Shown one piece after another: positions 49,201 to 59,796 of a stretch of 64,000 bases of DNA. A program made the translations under genes and the position numbers. The first letter of the stretch is position 1. The number at the start of each line of letters is the position of its first letter. The notes under the pieces are model-generated. The model saw nothing but the letters and a program-made list of their open reading frames with translations. It made no database searches and had not been told where the DNA came from. Source of the DNA: Eledone cirrhosa (taxonomy: Eukaryota); contig OZ024746.1 of NCBI GenBank assembly GCA_964016885.1, positions 12,276,001-12,340,000 on the forward strand, in the 5' to 3' direction.

Positions 49201-52200
49201 CTCTATACTATGTTGTATCTGTTACCCCACCAGATTGTTGTCTCATTCATGACAAGACTAAAGAGAGTCCTCTCCTCTCTATACTATGTTGTGTCTGTTA
49301 CCCCACCAGATTGTTGTCTCATTCATGACGACTAAAGAGAGTCCTCTCCTCTCTATACTATGTTGTGTCTGGTACCCCACCAGATTGTTGTCTCATTCAT
49401 GACAAGACTAAAGAGAGTCCTCTCCTCTCTATACTATGTTGTATCTGTTACCCCACCAGATTGTTGTCTCATTCATGACAAGACTAAAGAGAGTCCTCTC
49501 CTCTCTATACTATGTTGTGTCTGTTACCCCACCAGATTGTTGTCTCATTCATGACGACTAAAGAGAGTCCTCTCCTCTCTATACTATGTTGTGTCTGGTA
49601 CCCCACCAGATTGTTGTCTCATTCATGACAAGACTAAAGAGAGTCCTCTCCTCTCTATACTATGTTGTATCTGTTACCCCACCAGATTGTTGTCTCATTC
49701 ATGACAAGACTAAAGAGAGTCCTCTCCTCTCTATACTATGTTGTGTCTGTTACCCCACCAGATTGTTGTCTCATTCATGACAAGACTAAAGAGAGTCCTC
49801 TCCTCTCTATACTATGTTGTGTCTGTTACCCCACCAGATTGTTGTCTCATTCATGACAAGACTAAAGAGAGTCCTCTCCTCTCTATACTATGTTGTGTCT
49901 GTTACCCCACCAGATTGTTGTCTCATTCATGACAAGACTAAAGAGAGTCCTCTCCTCTCTATACTATGTTGTATCTGTTACCCCACCAGATTGTTGTCTC
50001 ATTCATGACAAGACTAAAGAGAGTCCTCTCCTCTCTATACTATGTTGTATCTGTTACCCCACCAGATTGTTGTCTCATTCATGACAAGACTAAAGAGAGT
50101 CCTCTCCTCTCTATACTATGTTGTGTCTGTTACCCCACCAGATTGTTGTCTCATTCATGACGACTAAAGAGAGTCCTCTCCTCTCTATATTATGTTGTGT
50201 CTGGTACCCCACCAGATTGTTGTCTCATTCATGACAAGACTAAAGAGAGTCCTCTCCTCTCTATACTATGTTGTATCTGTTACCCCACCAGATTGTTGTC
50301 TCATTCATGACGACTAAAGAGAGTCCTCTCCTCTCTATACTATGTTGTGTCTGGTACCCCACCAGATTGTTGTCTCATTCATGACAAGACTAAAGAGAGT
50401 CCTCTCCTCTCTATACTATGTTGTGTCTGTTACCCCACCAGATTGTTGTCTCATTCATGACGACTAAAGAGAGTCCTCTCCTCTCTATACTATGTTGTGT
50501 CTGGTACCCCACCAGATTGTTGTCTCATTCATGACAAGACTAAAGAGAGTCCTCTCCTCTCTATACTATGTTGTGTCTGTTACCCCACCAGATTGTTGTC
50601 TCATTCATGACGACTAAAGAGAGTCCTCTCCTCTCTATACTATGTTGTGTCTGGTACCCCACCAGATTGTTGTCTCATTCATGACAAGACTAAAGAGAGT
50701 CCTCTCCTCTCTATACTATGTTGTATCTGTTACCCCACCAGATTGTTGTCTCATTCATGACGACTAAAGAGAGTCCTCTCCTCTCTATACTATGTTGTGT
50801 CTGGTACCCCACCAGATTGTTGTCTCATTCATGACAAGACTAAAGAGAGTCCTCTCCTCTCTATACTATGTTGTGTCTGTTACCCCACCAGATTGTTGTC
50901 TCATTCATGACGACTAAAGAGAGTCCTCTCCTCTCTATACTATGTTGTGTCTGGTACCCCACCAGATTGTTGTCTCATTCATGACAAGACTAAAGAGAGT
51001 CCTCTCCTCTCTATACTATGTTGTGTCTGTTACCCCACCAGATTGTTGTCTCATTCATGACAAGACTAAAGAGAGTCCTCTCCTCTCTATACTATGTTGT
51101 ATCTGTTACCCCACCAGATTGTTGTCTCATTCATGACAAGACTAAAGAGAGTCCTCTCCTCTCTATACTATGTTGTATCTGTTACCCCACCAGATTGTTG
51201 TCTCATTCATGACAAGACTAAAGAGAGTCCTCTCCTCTCTATACTATGTTGTGTCTGTTACCCCACCAGATTGTTGTCTCATTCATGACGACTAAAGAGA
51301 GTCCTCTCCTCTCTATACTATGTTGTGTCTGTTACCCCACCAGATTGTTGTCTCATTCATGACAAGACTAAAGAGAGTCCTCTCCTCTCTATACTATGTT
51401 GTATCTGTTACCCCACCAGATTGTTGTCTCATTCATGACAAGACTAACGAGAGTCCTCTTGACACTACATTTTATTTGCATATTCATCTGTTTGCAATTC
51501 TAGCTGAAGTAATTTCCCAATAAGTCCATGAGTAATCGGACTCACCACCATCATGTTATATCATGTCACATTTCATAACAAAATATTAGACTATCTTAAA
51601 GTTGGTATAACTCAATATTATACACATACATAACAGTATTGACAAATAGTATGTTTGTATTATATGTTGACTGTTCCTTCTCACTTGAACATCAGGTCAG
51701 TACCGGGAATTCCATAAGCTCTATGAGAATGGAGAAATTCAGGAAGCTGCTAATCTCTTGGTATCTTTACTCAGTGCGAGGCTGGCTCCGAAGGGGTAAG
51801 TGATGTCTTTGTATTATATATATATATATTTGGATTGGCAGTATCGGTAGAGAGTCGGACGCCATGCTTTCCAGCATAGTTACGTCCCTTTACGATCTGA
51901 GTTCAAATCCCGCTAAGGTTGACTTTGCCTTTCATCCTTACGGGGTCGATAAAATAAAGTACCAGTAATGCACTGGGTAATTGTGGCCTTGTGCCTAAAG
52001 TAGAAACAATTATATATATATATATATATTTGTTAGAATGTTCCAGTTCTCTGGTCTCTCAGTTCAAATCCTACTGAGGTCTACTTTGCCTTTCATCCAT
52101 TCGAGCTCGATAAAAAAAGTACCAGTTTAGTACTGGGGTTTGCTCTTCCTCTATATCTCTTTCTCACTTCCTTTCCCTCACTCTCTCTATCCTTCTCTGA

Positions 52201-52425
52201 AAGAAATCTGCTGTACACAGGCCTGGAGAGGGGATGGGCTCTGCCTGGTTTAAAAACTGCCATAATAGAGGCTTTATGTCAATATGGAGCCCCTACAATT
52301 CCCTCAGGAGTTACAGGTACATATCATATACACACTAGCTGACCCTGTGGAAATTTCAGTTTAATTAGAAACAACCACCAAGTATTAAAGATCAATATGA
52401 CATTTTAAATGTTTTATTTATAAGT

Positions 52426-52457
<32 letters not shown>

Positions 52458-55400
52458 TATATATATATATACACACACACACATATATATATTTATACAC
52501 ACAAATAATATATTGAATAACTGAAACTCACCATTACTCTCTCTCACCCAGTTTAATGGCCCTGAGCACTTTTAACAGAGTCACTCTGTTGCAAACAAGT
52601 CTGTTGGACCAGGTCCCAGGTCTCTTGTTTGATGATATATCTTCTTTTCACTAGTCTCAGTGACACTGAGAAAAGGTTCACGAGAACACAATGAAGAAAT
52701 GAAATAAATCCTAATAAGTGTAACCCATCTTCTACTCTCCTAATGTTGAAGTTATATTGTTTGTCTTGTAATTTGTTTGTAAAGTGAAATATTTAATTTT
52801 CAGTTTCTGGATAACTCTCCTCTGTGATGCTTTACCTCTCTTAGAGTCTCAGGAAGTGAGTATGATTACTTAAAATTATTAATCGGTAGAGGGTCGGACG
52901 CCATGCTTTCCAGCATAGTTACGTCCCTTTACGATCTGAGTTCAAATCCCGCCGAGGTTGACTTTGCCTTTCATCCTTACGGGGTCGATAAAATAAAGTA
53001 CCAGTAATGCACTGGGTAATTGCTGGCCTTGTGCCTAAAGTAGAAACAATTATTATTATTCAGCATAGGGCGGTGGATTGGCAGTATCGGTAGAGGGTTG
53101 GACGCCATGCTTTGACGCATAGAGTTACGGCCCTTGCCATTCTGAGTTCAAATCCTGCCGAGGTTAACTTTGCCTTTCATCCTTACGGGGTTGATAAAAT
53201 AAAGTACCAGTAATGCACTGGGGTAATAGCTAGCCTTGTGCCAAAAGTAGAAACAATTATTATTTTTGTTGAAAATGATTAGTAATGATATATTGTTTAA
53301 TCAGTGTTTCAAATACTGTTGTTTAGCCCTGAGTGAACCACAGCAGACCAATGATCATAACTGTGACTGCTGTTTTATTTTTATAAACCTAGGGCTACAT
53401 TTTCAAGGTCCTGATTTTATGGAGTTTGTTGGTTGATATTTCTAATGAGACAAGTAATTGCTTGGGTGCTTATTCATTGGTGTTTCTCTAGAGGAACTTA
53501 CACTTAAAACCTTGTGCTGTTCCTCTGAACAGTTGGTTCAACTAATCAAGTGCCAATAATGTGTTGTCATTGTGGAGATAACTGCCTGGAAGGGAATGCA
53601 CTTTTGTAATGAGTTTATTGCGCATTAGATATACATAAAACAATGATATTTCAAACAACTTAATAACTTAATAACAAAAAGAAAATATATAGTTATGCAA
53701 CTAAATTCCTTCAAAACTTTGATGGTTTTCAATATTAACTGAAACACATAAATGTGGTCATAAAAAGGTTAAATATTTACAAATGTATATACTGGCTAGT
53801 ATAGCTAAATGTGACATATAGGTATTAGTTTCACAAAGTCAAAATATTGAAGGCTTAAAACTATATACATATTATATACATATTATATTCATATTATATA
53901 CATATTATATACATATTATATACATATTATATTCATATTATATTCATATTATATTCATATTATATACATATTATATACATATTATATACATATTATATAC
54001 ATATTATATTCATATTATATTCATATTATATTCATATTATATACATATTATATTCATATTATATTCATATTATATACATATTATATTCATATTATATACG
54101 TACTATATACATATTATATTCATATTATATACATATTATATACATATTATATACATATTATATTCATATTATATTCATATTATATACATATTATATACAT
54201 ATTATATACATATTATATTCATAATATATACATATTATATTCATATTATATACATATTATATACATATTATATACATATTATATACATATTATATACATA
54301 TTATATACATATATTCATATTATATACATATTATATACATATTATATACATATTATATACATATTATATTCATATTATATACATATTATATTCATATTAT
54401 ATACATATTATATACATACTATATACATATTATATTCATATTATATTCATATTATATACATATTATATACATATTATATACATACTATATTCATATTATA
54501 TACATATTATATACATATATTCATTATCAAAAACATTTCTGTCTTTTATTTATTTTATAGATGCTTATCAATAGTCAACAAACATATGAACTGATGCATT
54601 GTGTCGAGGAATTAACTAAAGAAATTAGTCTTATTGGAGATGAAAACCAAAAGGTGTGTCAATGAAGTTTTAATGTTATATATATATATGTATTTATTTG
54701 TGTTCTAGCCAAGGGGCTGAGGCCATGCTGTGGCACCGCCACACACATATGTATGTATATATATATATATCATCATATATATGTATATATATATATATAT
54801 ATATCCTATACGAGCAGGACAACAAATCTTGCCTCAAGTGGGAAAACTCCCGTCCAAACCCATGCAAGCGTGGAAGATGGACGTTAAACGATGATGATGA
54901 TATAGTAGTTTTGTTGGTGTCATGATAAAAAGCACCCGGCTGACACTGTAAATGTGGTTGGCTTTAGGAAGGGCATCCAGCCATAGAAACCTAGCCAGAA
55001 ACAGTTCTATATGAGCAAGACACAGTTACCTAACTTGATTTGCTTCAAATAGGACAACCTGTCTAACCCATGCTAGCATGGAAAAATGGATGTTAAATGT
55101 TGATGGTATAGCTGAATCTATGGTAGAACTAGAGAAGAAATTCCAAACTTGGAAGCAGGGACTAGAAAGAAAGGGTCTCAAAGTCAACATGACAAAGACT
55201 AAGACGAAAAAGCACCCAGCCCCCACTGTAAAGTGGACGTGTAGGCGCCACGAAAAAGCACCCAGCACTCACTGTAAATGAGGTTGGTGTTAGGAAAGAC
55301 ATCCAGCTGTAGAAATCAAGCCAAATCAGTTCCTGTATGAGCAAGGCATGGTCAGTCGACCAGACACTGCCCACAACAGAACAACTCGTCTAACCCATGC

Positions 55401-57120
55401 TAGCGTGGAATAATGGACGTAAAACGATGATGATGATGATATATATACATATATATCATATAATTAGGGCATTGTATCCAACACTCCAACAAGTAGATCT
55501 TAATGTCATCATCATTATATATATATGTGTATATAATCTAAATACTCTCATATATGTATGTGTATATAATCTAAATACTCACATATATATATATGTATGT
55601 GTATATAATCTAAATATACTCATATCATCATCATCATCGTTTAAAGTCCATTTTCCACGCTAGCATGGGTTAGACATATATATGTATGTATGTGATATCC
55701 CCCCTCCATACACACACACACATGTATATCATGACTCATACACTGTTCACTTTTCTGACATTTGTACATTATTCTATGTACTATACATGCACCTTTGATG
55801 AGTTGTAGTGCACCTGAGCACTGTACACAATAATTTCATTATTATTATTATTATACACCCCGTCCCGCCACCACCCTCACCCCATCCACACCACCCCGTT
55901 CTATGTAAAGTTATGTTGGTGCCGCGCCATCCAGGCCGAAACAAATGAGATCGTGTAGGTGTCACGACAAAAAAACACACAGTCCACGCTGTAATGTGGC
56001 CGTGTAGGCAACACGGTAAAAACCTCCCAGACCCACACTGTAAATGTGGTTGGTGTTAGGAAGGGCATCCAACTGTAGAAAACCTGCCAGACAGTCTTAT
56101 GTGAGCAAGACAATCACTCTTGCCTCAAGTGGGACTACCCCCGTCCAAACCCATGCAAGCGTGGAACACGGACGTTAAACGTTGATGATGATGATGATGA
56201 TGTGTATATAATCTAAATACTCATACACACGCACACGTATATATGTATGTGTATATAATCTAAATACTCACACACACGCACACGTATATATGTATGTGTA
56301 TATAATCTAAATACTCACACACACGCACACGTATATATGTATGTGTATATAATCTAAATATTCACACACGTATATATGTATGTGTATATAATCTAAATAC
56401 TCACACATGTATATATGTATGTGTATATAATTTAAACACACACGTATGTGTATGTGTGTATTTAGCTATTTATTCATTAATGGTGTCACTCTCTTGCAAT
56501 TACCCGCTGATCACAACTAAAAGTGATTTTATAAAGCACAGTATATACAGCAAATATGGGTGTAGATGTTGTATATAACAAGACAATATGGACAGTCTTT
56601 ATAAGAGAAGATATAAAGAATGTGAAAACAATGATGTATGTCTACTAGTAGTACTACTTGGTCTTGCCTGGTTAAATATGATTTTCTTTTATTCTTGATA
56701 AACTAAGGTACACATCACCATACAACCATGGCAAACATAGGAAAACACATAAAATGGTGATAACACATATAAAGGTGTTGTATCTTCAGTATATTACTGG
56801 TATTTAATTTATCAGGACCAGTATTGAAAGTCAGATGTATGTATCATATTTAGTCCACTAGTGTCCTGTACTTGTCATTGTATATAACTATTTGTAACAT
56901 TTATGTAATTTTCCCAATTGGATATTAAGGATGTAATTTAAATGAATACTTTGTGTGATTACCTATACATTTATTTTTATACATGGGTGTAAATATTGTT
57001 TTTCTAATTTTGTAGAAAATGCTGGAAGTTGAAAAGACTAAACTCTATAACATCCGTTTTGCACTCACTCGGAATTTAGACCGATCCATTATTCTCGAAG
57101 GTAGTGTTAAGCTATCCTGA
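28181..57120 (+). CDS. NUP85: Nuclear pore complex protein Nup85, 22 coding exons, 658 aa
   Basis: 22 GT-AG bounded exons, phases consistent, 1977 nt. Segments [58 protein letters not shown] and [14 protein letters not shown] match metazoan Nup85 as I recall it. Confidence 0.95.
29665..29846 (-). mobile_element. Same SINE family; a partial + copy lies at 29476-29565
   Basis: Reverse complement of the consensus. Confidence 0.82.
30435..30540 (+). CDS. NUP85: NUP85 exon 2 ([11 protein letters not shown]...CNNA)
   Basis: ttttag acceptor, GTTTGT donor, open frame. Confidence 0.8.
31494..31598 (+). CDS. NUP85: NUP85 exon 3 (...[11 protein letters not shown])
   Basis: ttacag / GTAAGT; R.L.NESH motif. 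Confidence 0.9.
31760..31820 (+). CDS. NUP85: NUP85 exon 4 ([19 protein letters not shown])
   Basis: tttag / GTAAGT; IF..LQ motif. Confidence 0.88.
32689..32910. mobile_element. piggyBac-like MITE; inverted copy at 38926-39153
   Basis: TTAA-ccctttagcattta ... taaatgctaaaggg-TTAA. Confidence 0.8.
33516..33586 (+). CDS. NUP85: NUP85 exon 5 ([15 protein letters not shown]...)
   Basis: ctcag / GTAAGT; S..YRSV motif. Confidence 0.92.
33933..34638. repeat. Long inverted repeat (277-bp arms, 152-bp spacer) in NUP85 intron 5
   Basis: 33933-34209 is the reverse complement of 34362-34638 with about 3 mismatches; mirrored ORFs in the track. Confidence 0.95.
35582..35695 (+). CDS. NUP85: NUP85 exon 6 (...[16 protein letters not shown])
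   Basis: tttcag / GTAATT. Confidence 0.93.
36322..36443 (+). CDS. NUP85: NUP85 exon 7 (...WIRWHF...HPRFWEA)
   Basis: ctcag / GTGAGT. Confidence 0.92.
37200..37325 (+). CDS. NUP85: NUP85 exon 8 ([16 protein letters not shown]...MRKMPQLA)
   Basis: tttag / GTAAGT. Confidence 0.93.
38292..38420 (+). CDS. NUP85: NUP85 exon 9 (...[13 protein letters not shown]...)
   Basis: tttcag / GTAATT. Confidence 0.93.
39348..39770 (+). mobile_element. Two adjacent SINE copies, one older and one younger
   Basis: Two gcctttcatc...ataaaataaagtaccag cores. Confidence 0.8.
39823..39954 (+). CDS. NUP85: NUP85 exon 10 (ILCGEE...[17 protein letters not shown]...)
   Basis: aacag / GTAAGC. Confidence 0.93.
40361..40464 (+). 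CDS. NUP85: NUP85 exon 11 (...[17 protein letters not shown]...)
   Basis: ttgtag / GTGAGT. Confidence 0.93.
41285..41730 (+). mobile_element. Degenerate RTE-type RT N-terminal fragment
   Basis: [24 protein letters not shown]; [11 protein letters not shown]....CSNYR; STVDQI. Confidence 0.78.
41977..42060 (+). CDS. NUP85: NUP85 exon 12 ([16 protein letters not shown]...)
   Basis: ttgcag / GTTAGT. Confidence 0.94.
42437..42502 (+). CDS. NUP85: NUP85 exon 13 ([21 protein letters not shown])
   Basis: tatag / GTAAGA. Confidence 0.94.
43565..43615 (+). CDS. NUP85: NUP85 exon 14 ([16 protein letters not shown])
   Basis: tgcag / GTAAGA. Confidence 0.93.
44532..44632 (+). CDS. NUP85: NUP85 exon 15 ([17 protein letters not shown]...)
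   Basis: ttcag / GTGGGG. Confidence 0.93.
45323..45543. mobile_element. Third TTAA-flanked MITE family; fragments near 38035-38240, 41760-41942, 42605-42790
   Basis: TTAA-ctcttaatgtcctgta ... tacaagatgttaagag-TTAA. Confidence 0.65.
45796..45881 (+). CDS. NUP85: NUP85 exon 16 (KSICKVMG...ALSWFLKSK)
   Basis: tctag / GTATAT. Confidence 0.93.
46171..46398. mobile_element. Second TTAA-flanked MITE family; copies at 6501-6742, 18216-18422, 35312-35539
   Basis: TTAA-cccttttgatacc ... agcaaaaggg-TTAA. Confidence 0.65.
46967..46998 (+). CDS. NUP85: NUP85 exon 17, 32 nt ([10 protein letters not shown])
   Basis: ttacag / GTAAGC; phase links exons 16 and 18. Confidence 0.9.
47293..47393 (+). CDS. NUP85: NUP85 exon 18 (ILTEYCETG...LTFL)
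   Basis: gatag / GTAAGT. Confidence 0.94.
47671..51458. repeat. 76/74-bp minisatellite, about 50 copies, NUP85 intron 18
   Basis: Unit caagactaaagagagtcctctcctctctatactatgttgtgtctgttaccccaccagattgttgtctcattcatga; the 74-bp variant reads atgacgact. Confidence 0.98.
51696..51795 (+). CDS. NUP85: NUP85 exon 19 (QYREFHKLY...LAPK)
   Basis: atcag / GTAAGT. Confidence 0.94.
51831..52012 (+). mobile_element. Same SINE family, inserted in a (TA)n tract
   Basis: Full-length match flanked by (TA)n. Confidence 0.85.
52804..52855 (+). CDS. NUP85: NUP85 exon 20 ([17 protein letters not shown])
   Basis: tttcag / GTGAGT. Confidence 0.94.
53070..53262 (+). mobile_element. tRNA-derived SINE with Meta-domain-like centre, full copy; adjacent copy at 52883-53058
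   Basis: A-box-like tggcagtatcgg, B-box gagttcaaatcc, central gcctttcatccttacggggt(c/t)gataaaataaagtacc, (ATT)n tail. Confidence 0.85.
53862..54520. repeat. 11-bp AT-rich tandem repeat, NUP85 intron 20
   Basis: catattatat(a/t) repeated about 60 times. Confidence 0.95.
54561..54653 (+). CDS. NUP85: NUP85 exon 21 ([18 protein letters not shown]...)
   Basis: tatag / GTGTGT; QTYELM.C motif. Confidence 0.92.
55856..56200 (+). mobile_element. RTE-like LINE 3' UTR copy; others at 59107-59378, 54815-55435 (+) and 32101-32365 (-)
   Basis: ggttggtgttaggaagggcatcca...aacccatgcaagcgtggaa...(gat)n shared with 20114-20470. Confidence 0.8.
56201..56445. repeat. Degenerate tandem repeat of up to about 46 bp; related copies at 55520-55622
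   Basis: gtatgtgtatataatctaaatactcaca core repeated. Confidence 0.8.
57016..57120 (+). CDS. NUP85: NUP85 exon 22 (...[21 protein letters not shown])
   Basis: tgtag acceptor; L.RNL.R.II.EG motif; TGA at 57118-57120. Confidence 0.93.
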   Translation, partial: KMLEVEKTKLYNIRFALTRNLDRSIILEGSVKLS

Positions 57121-57216
57121 ACCCAGCTAACTGGAAGTAATATTTTGATACTTGTTATTCAAAGCCATTACATTGTAAATTATCGTCAAATTCTTATCAA
57201 TTTAATCATGCTGGAA

Positions 57217-57222
57217 AATAAA
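57217..57222 (+). terminator. Probable polyadenylation signal of NUP85
   Basis: AATAAA about 100 nt after the stop, followed by T-rich sequence. Confidence 0.5.
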
Positions 57223-57654
57223 GCTTTGTATTATATCTGCTCTTTTCATCCTTATTTGCTGAAGAAATAATAATAAATTATTTGTTTGGATTAAATAATC
57301 ATTCGTAACTGCAAAAGTTATCAGTTTTCTTATTTTATATTTATCTTTGTTTATTAATTGCCATCAGATCAAATCATTTATTTCAAGTGGTTTAGATTAA
57401 TTTATATATAAACTATGTATGAAATTAAAAATTTGTAAAGTAGAAATGTCTATTGTGTTGTTTGAACAGTCATTTCTTAACATTTTCATGACTGGATTTC
57501 TAATGAAATACACACTTATCATGAGAATGTGGTATTTGTTCTGGTTCTCTGACTTCAGGAGTTATGGATCCATACATACAATAATTTATATGGTACCATA
57601 TAGTTATCACTGAAGACATTCAAATCTGCCTGTATCCTATATGCAGAATATAAT

Positions 57655-58030
57655 AATAATTGTTTCTATTTTTGGTACAAGGCCAGCAATTATCCCAGTG
57701 TATTACTGGTACTTTATTTTATTGACCATGTAAGGATGAAAAACAAAGTTAACCTTGGTGGGATTTGAACTCGGACCATAAAGGGCCGTAACTCTTTGCT
57801 GCAAAGCATGACGTCAGACCCTCTACCGATACTGCCAATCCAAGAATATAATAATAATGGTTTCTAAATTAGGCAGAAGGACAGCAATTTTGGGGGCAAG
57901 GGGACCCAATTAAATCAACCTTGTACTTGACTGGTGCTTTATTTTATCAACATTGGAATGATGATAAGCAAAGTTAACCTCAGTTGGACTTGAACTCAGA
58001 ATATAAAGAGCTAGAACAAACACCACAAAA
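57655..58030 (-). mobile_element. Two adjacent SINE copies downstream of NUP85
   Basis: Reverse complement of the consensus, twice. Confidence 0.8.
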
Positions 58031-59688
58031 CATTTCTAATGAAATACCCTGTATTTGAATGAATGTATGAAGAATTTGGAGGAATTTGCTAAAATTACTT
58101 TTTATTTTCTTATTAAGATGGTATTTGTAACAAGTTCACAAAAGCTTCTTAAATTAATTTTTGTTGGAAGATTTTAATTTAAATAGCCTAAAGTCTGTCT
58201 CAAGCCCAGAGGCTCACCAGGCTGGTGTTTATCCTGGTTTCGTATCATGAAACAATTGAGAGTACAATACTCCCCACTGGACAGGATGCCAGTCCATCGC
58301 AAGGTTAAACCCCCAGCTATTGCTGGTACTCATTTTCAGCTGAGTATACTGGAGCAACAAGAAATGAAGTGTTTTGCTCAAGAAAACAACACACAACCCA
58401 ACCCAGGAATCGAACCCACGGCGTTATGATCATAAGTCTAACACCCTTACCACTAGGCCACCTTTAAAATGGGTGGTTTTGTTTCATAGAACCAGAGGCA
58501 GTTTTGGGTGTGTTTGTATCAAAAGGATTAAATATGTATACATAGTTGAATTTATTTTAATACAAAATTAATACCAATATTGATTTTTTTTTTCTACGAA
58601 AACAACTATTTAGATTACTCCCTAATGCATACCCCCATCCCATCAATGAATTATGTGGAGGAAGGCATTTGTTCAATGTGGTGTAAAATAACCTTTGAGT
58701 TGAAGCTAACCAAGTAAACATTTTTGTAGGTTAAGAATAATTTTATTTTAATGACTGAAAGAATACAAGCGGCCAAAATGGGGTGCCTCCGAAGGGTTCA
58801 ACACGGGTGATGTGTGTGGGTTATAAGGTTATACATACCAATTATTTATTTTACAATTTATGGAGGTATCTGGATGATTTGAATTTTGAAATGTTGATAT
58901 TCAAACAGAATTGCTACAATGATAATAGCGTTAGAAAATCAGGTAGGAATAGAAAATAAGTGTTCAAAATTATGTTTTAATGTTAAGTTTATTTATCTCC
59001 TACATAACTGCATTGACCTTATTACCTTCATAAATATATACGATACACGTACGAAAAGATAAAAATAGTAAATGATTATAGAGTGAAGGATTAATTGTTA
59101 ATTAACAGGTACCACAACATCCAGTCCGAAACAAATGAGGTCGTGTAGGTGTCACGACAAAAAAACTCACAGTCCACGCTGTAATGTGGCTGTGTAGGTA
59201 ACACGGTAAAAACCTCCCAGTCCACACTGTAAACGTGGTTGGTGTTAGGAAGGGCATCCAGCCGTAGAAAACCCGCCAGGCAGTCCTATACGAGCAGAAC
59301 AACTAATCTTGCCTCAAGTGGGAAAACTCCTGTCCAAACCCATGCAAGCGTGGAAGATGATGTTAAACGATGATGATGAAACTGACCCTAAGGAATTTAT
59401 AATTAACAATAGACTGACCCTAAAGAATTTATAATAAAAAAAAAAAAAAGGATTAGTTTCAGGCTGTTATATGGTGAAGTAGATTACTAGTGGGGGATAG
59501 ATGACTGGAGATATAAGGCTGAGCAAACATCTTTTAACCCATACCAATACTTGGAAAATAAAAAGAAAAGTAGGGTGAATGTTTTTAAGGTATTTTATTA
59601 AGTAACTTTCATAAAATAATTATTAAATAAAATTACAATATATTTATCAATACAAAGAAAGAGAATTAGGTTAACCATTAATGTAATA

Positions 59689-59796
59689 TCAATTCTTGTG
59701 TTGGTAATAAGTGAATAGTTCTTGCAGATCAATAGGCATACAATGTAGGACTTTAATTCTGTGGGAGTGCTGATTAGATTCTTGTTGTCTCTGGAT
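59689..59796 (-). CDS. MEIOB: MEIOB-like terminal exon (IQRQQ...IKVLHCMPIDLQELFTYYQHKN*)
   Basis: tttcag acceptor, TGA stop. Confidence 0.8.
   Translation of the reverse strand: MQRQQESNQHSHRIKVLHCMPIDLQELFTYYQHKN

Noticed and set aside
47774-51523. Repeated 64-aa ORFs and a possible CRISPR-like array
   Set aside because: Products of the 76-bp tandem repeat; recurring stops and no spacers
53070-53165. tRNA genes
   Set aside because: A and B boxes belong to SINE heads; no cloverleaf, and they run into SINE body and tail
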